Source: the human T2T-CHM13v2.0 reference genome, Homo sapiens
Strand: one strand, 5' to 3'
Assembly: GCF_009914755.1 (NCBI RefSeq)
Contig: NC_060925.1
Length of the DNA: 64,000 nucleotides
Below are positions 59,001-64,000 of the stretch, in pieces. Each line of letters begins with the position of its first letter. Position 1 is the first letter of the stretch. A model generated the notes under the pieces. That model made no database searches. It had not been told where the DNA came from and saw only the letters and a list, made by a program, of their open reading frames with translations. The position numbers and the translations under genes were made by a program.

Positions 59001-60779
59001 GGAGTATGAACTCTTCCTCTGTTCCAGGCCTAGAGACTCACTAAATAAATTCAGGGCAAGTGGCACTCGAGAGGGATGGAACGTGCCTCAAACTCATTAG
59101 GAAACTCTGGTCAGAGAGGCCGAATGTAACTGAATATTGTGTGGCACTATGGAACATCTAGGTGAAGGTAGTCGTCAAGACAGCCCTCTCTGTGTAAAGG
59201 GGTCAGAGGGAGTCCACTCACCCATGTCTGGACCTTTACTTACTAAGTGCTGCCAGAATGTGTAAGTGTGTATTTTGAGATGTCAGAGAAGAGCAGAGAA
59301 GAAATATTCCAAAAGCAAAAACACTGAACAACCCACACATGACTCAGTCTTTATAATCTGTACCTCTAAATAGTATAACACGTAACATGTTAGGACTCTG
59401 AAGAGGTGAGAAACTGAGACAAGTCTTCATACCGTGACAGTCAGGTCAATCAAGGTTGTGCGGTCAAAACTGTAGAATCCTGCAAGGAATTCCAATGTGA
59501 GTGGGCTTTTTGCATCCCCATCATATAGAATTGGCTCTGCGTTTCAATTAAAATGGAACCTAAAAGGAAAATCCCCAAAGGCCAATTTCAGTAGAAAAAA
59601 TACTTTCAGTGATTTTTATTGGCTTGAGACTTTGCCACCGATACTTCTAGCCATCTCTTGATATGATTTTGCTCTTAAAAAAAAAAAGTCTGAATGCCTC
59701 AAATCTCTAAGCTAAAACTTCTTCCCATGGGTTGAACTTAAAACACATTGGGGTAATAAAAGCACTATTTAAATTTATCATGAAAGGAAAATTTACAGAA
59801 ATTGAGGGTCCTGCATGTCAATAAAATAATTGCTGATCAACGTATTTATTAAATTAGTTACAATCAGTGTATCCGTTTAACATCACATAAATCTGTTGCT
59901 GTCTTATGGTTATTAGTCTCAGATAATGAAGATACTGCGGGTAAATGTTTCTCCTTAGCTCCAAGGATTGTCAGGTGACTTCCTCACCAACTCTTTGAAT
60001 TACTGTGGTTCTTAGAAAACTTTATTGGTGAGGCATGTGAGCAGGGCACTGCCTCTGTTTTTCTAGCATTACTGCGGCTTCAGAGCAAGAGCTCATGGGC
60101 TCATTTGAAAATTCTTTTAGTGTTTTCATCCTCGCTCGTGGCATCACATTATATTTTGGTGTATAGAAAGCGCAGTATGTGAGGAGGATAATATCATATC
60201 AAAAAGAACCCTGGAGATAGCTGTAAAGTATACCAGTTAGCAACTCGGCAGAGAACCTTCCATCAAATAACCGGAAGTGAGGTTGCTTTGTTCATTAAAC
60301 TGACCTACATGAACCATTATTGCTATTTGGCTCTGAATTATTAAAAATCAGTAGCAAGATTTAGCACACCTCTAACTCCAGGCTCTCCTGTTCTCCAGGA
60401 TAAAAACAGTCTCTCTTTGTGCTAGTTAGAAAACATATGTGAATGTACTAGCACTCAGCTTGTAGTGATAACCTTGTTAGTGTCTATATAACTGCATGTA
60501 ACCACTCAGCATGACATCCTTTTCCATTTCTCTTTATGAATAATTTTGTTATACCTCATCCATTTTCTAGTGCTCTTTATTACAGCATGCTACTACATTT
60601 ATTAGATCCCATCAGAGGATTCTTCTTCTTGTTATCCTTAATAGTGCCATGTACTGCCCTCTCTTGACTGTAAACCTGGCGCTGTTCAAAGAACATTTAT
60701 TAGTTTATAACCCTTACATTTTAAATTCCTGCCAAGAACTTCCTAGGTGAAGAATAAGTTTGCAATAAATACACACACA

Positions 60780-60814
<35 letters not shown>

Positions 60815-61210
60815 CACTACCACCACCACCTTCACCAACATCACCATCACTTCTACCAGAATTATGGAGCCAAGGGACTTCTTTTTAATCCAGAAATATC
60901 AGAAAACACATGGGCTAATAACTCCTTCATTTAAACCCATTATGACCCGGCACTTCAGCAAGCTCTAAGGAGCAGGTGCTTTCGATTGATTCTAGAACAC
61001 ACACTTAGACTTGAAGCTTTGAGCTAAACTGAGGCATGTTGGTTTCTGTTCAACAATATTGCTATCCTAGGTTTTATTGTGCAGACAACTTCAATCTGAC
61101 TAGAGGCAGAAAGAATGCTGAAAGTAACTAACAATCTAATCTAAAATGCTTTCAGGGCTGGCCAGATTAGATATTAGCTGCTTGACATTGGCAATTGCCT
61201 TCTTTGGGTT
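59000..61210 (+). pseudogene. TLR-like pseudogene copy B (LRR-TM-TIR)
   Basis: VE/KNTFSDFYWLETL (~59591-59634); IKALFKF..NNC (~59756-59833); LPHQLFELLWFLEN (~59979); FLALLRLQS (~60060); TIR LLPEL..QG.SF (~60850), IMTRHF (~60939), FRLILEH (~60980), RMLKV (~61112), WPD (~61159). Confidence 0.72.
60770..60850. repeat. (CA)n + (CAC)n compound repeat inside copy B
   Basis: Visible directly. Confidence 0.93.
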
Positions 61211-61340
61211 CCCTGTAAGATCACCTTTGAAATACAGAGATATGGAAAATGAGCGAACATCCTGTCCATTTGTTAGTTAATCACTTATATGTGAAAAAAA
61301 AGTTTCCTTCCCAAGGGACAAAGTGGTCAACCTCTGTTTA

Positions 61341-61719
<379 letters not shown>

Positions 61720-61789
61720 AAGAGGTTAGAAAGATAAAAGGAACACTGCCAACAGGAGCAAGAATAGAAAAGTGGGCTGGAGAAGGAGA

Positions 61790-64000
61790 AAAACAGGGAA
61801 TGACCACTACTATCATACCAGAAAAGGCTTTCATCCACGGAATTTGCCACATGTATATTCACACATAACCATAAAAATCACTGAAAGCGTTCTCCACTTT
61901 TGTTTCAAGTGGATCTACTCCTTCTTTCTCCAAACGATGAAATATATCATTACAGGAAGATGTAAGTGCAGAGATGCCAAATATCTTACAATTTTTGGAG
62001 CTTACAAAATCCTTATCATGCAGCTGGCTCTCAAAAGTCTTAATGGATAGAGGCAGACATCACCAATAATGGGACCAGGTCACTAGGGGAAATCCACTGG
62101 GCTTCACTCATAATTAGGTTCTGTTTTGATTCCCAGAGATGTGTATTTTCTACTACCAAATCCAGGAATTGTTATGCATATCATCAACAGCAGTCCATGG
62201 ACAAACAGGCAGCATGTCCTCTCTCCCTCCTCTTATTCAGTTATTATTATTTTACACTAAACCTTCTTTTGCTACCTTTAAAATTTCGTTTGCTCTTTTT
62301 GCTGTTTGCATCTAGAATACACATACTGTGTGCTTTATACGAGAATTTACACCCACTAGCCTTTGTCATTGTTGCTACCATTTCAATATCACAAGCTAAG
62401 ATGGCAGATTTAGAGATAAAATATCCAGAGGTGGGAGGAGCCTGAAACTGAATATACCCCACTTGGTTATTTTTATACTCATATGCCATGAATGCCAAAA
62501 TGGTGGCAGTTTTTCTTTTTTTTTTTTTTGTTCCCTTAGTCATCCACAAGAGACAAACAACACTTTATAACCCTCTTCTCCTTCTGCTTCCTGAATTGAG
62601 TTCTCCACAACTGCATCTATGTGTTCCATTTTTAGCAAACTAAAGCCAGTTTCTTAAGTGTCCAGTTAAGAGATATTGTCTTCTGTATATGTCTAGTTTT
62701 TAAAAAATCCCATGCCTGAATTTCTTAAGACATAAATTCTGGAATGTGCTCAAACACAGGACTTCGGTAATGTCTTACAGAAAAGCATGATACCAGTATT
62801 TGAGGTGAAGGCACAAGAGCTGGCTCACAAAATTTTGGTGTCGGAGACTTCTTGAACTAGAATTATGTCATCTAAAACAGATACTAAATGCCAGGGGTTC
62901 AAGAAGTGCAAGAAAAATTGAAAACTCTCCAGAAGATTCCTTATGATACTGAGAGGAGAAGACAGACGAAGAGAAGGCATAAATGTCAGGAAGGTGGAAA
63001 GACTAGACTTAGAGAGAAAAGTAGCTAAGGGGAACTAGGAGGCTGGTGTTACACCTGGAATCAAAAGCCAGCAGAAGGAGAACTAGTCAGTGACTCAGCA
63101 TGAAGTAAAGAAGATCAAGTGCAGGTGGTTTTATTTTAATTTATTTCATTCAGTGTAGGGATTGTTGGTAAGGGTAGAAAACAGTGACAAAGATAGAGAA
63201 GAAAATAGTCCATATTTAAACACAAAGTAAATCACAGCCAATTGCCGTGATACAATTGTTCAGATAGATTGAAGGTGAAATTGATTGCTATTTGACTACA
63301 TTTGATTTGTACATAATCCAAAGTTTACAGTAGACACACAAAACTGCCCCCTGATCCACATGACTTCCTGCTTAGAGGCCCTTTGATACTCCAAAAGTGT
63401 TCCATCTGAGGCCTTCTCATGGGTAGTCTTTGGATGAGACATAATTACCCCTTCTATTTCACTTTCCAAGTCCTCCTCAAATTAGAAGACTGTAGACTTT
63501 CTTCCTTATTTTGCTCCCTTCTCATCTCACTAGTTGACATAAGGTATTGTTAATTCAACAAAGCATTTTTCTTCCCCTTGGTAAGAATAAGTGCGTATAT
63601 TGTGGATCCCATATTTGGTCCAGTGGCTAAGGTCCTTCCTGAATGATAGTGTCTCCAGATTTTTATATCTGTTACTGTTGGGCCTGCCCAGAAGTGTGCT
63701 TGGGTCTTAGAAAAAATTAAGTACAAATTGTAGATTTACTATTTATTATTTATTTAGAGAGATTCTTTCCCCCAACTTCTTGAGCCAACTGGGAAGCACG
63801 TTAAGACGTTTTATGGATAGATAAACATCTGAATTCCTGTGATGATTGTAAAACTTTTCCTGTAACTACTTGCATGTGTCACTGATGGTAGTTAATCATT
63901 AGAATGGGGCAATAAAGGTGGCTTCTCAACATTCTTACATCTATGCTTTTTGTAAGCATTGCCCAGCTTCTTAACCTCATCTACCACAGTAAACAGGCCC
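61790..64000 (-). pseudogene. TLR11/12-like pseudogene copy L (mid-LRR to TIR); runs off the right end
   Basis: LSIHK/RLNVLPSWL (~63825-63783); NLETLSF (~63661); LRR-CT YFISKSAILACD (ORF 62247-62549); TM CLFVHGLLLMICITIP (~62212-62165); TIR QLHDKDFVSSK (~62026), FHRLEKEGVDPL (~61942), YMW..ESLFW (~61846-61819). Confidence 0.72.
63090..63100 (+). promoter_or_regulatory. ARE/MARE consensus site
   Basis: GTGACTCAGCA, the NRF2/BACH-small MAF consensus; motif only. Confidence 0.25.

Overview
Human genomic DNA: two AluYb8 elements, a human-specific subfamily, fix the species. The window is AT-rich, has no CpG island, and I find no intact protein-coding or structural-RNA gene. Much of it is interspersed repeat (8 Alus, L1PA/L1M, L2, MIR, MaLR/ERVL/ERV1 solo LTRs, Tigger/hAT fossils, microsatellites). 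The main observation concerns the unique sequence between the repeats. Translated by hand across stops and frameshifts, it repeatedly gives a collinear signal peptide - LRR - LRR-CT - transmembrane - TIR order, with motifs resembling the TLR11/TLR12 branch of Toll-like receptors. I count about 11-12 heavily decayed, apparently single-coding-exon copies in mixed orientation, and the array runs off both ends of the window. Two copies (about 53.1-56.3 kb minus and 59.0-61.2 kb plus) still align at the DNA level with synonymous-type differences. The TLR assignment rests on manual translation and on my recollection of mouse TLR11/12/13 motifs, so it needs a frameshift-aware homology search. Pseudogene and old-repeat boundaries are approximate.
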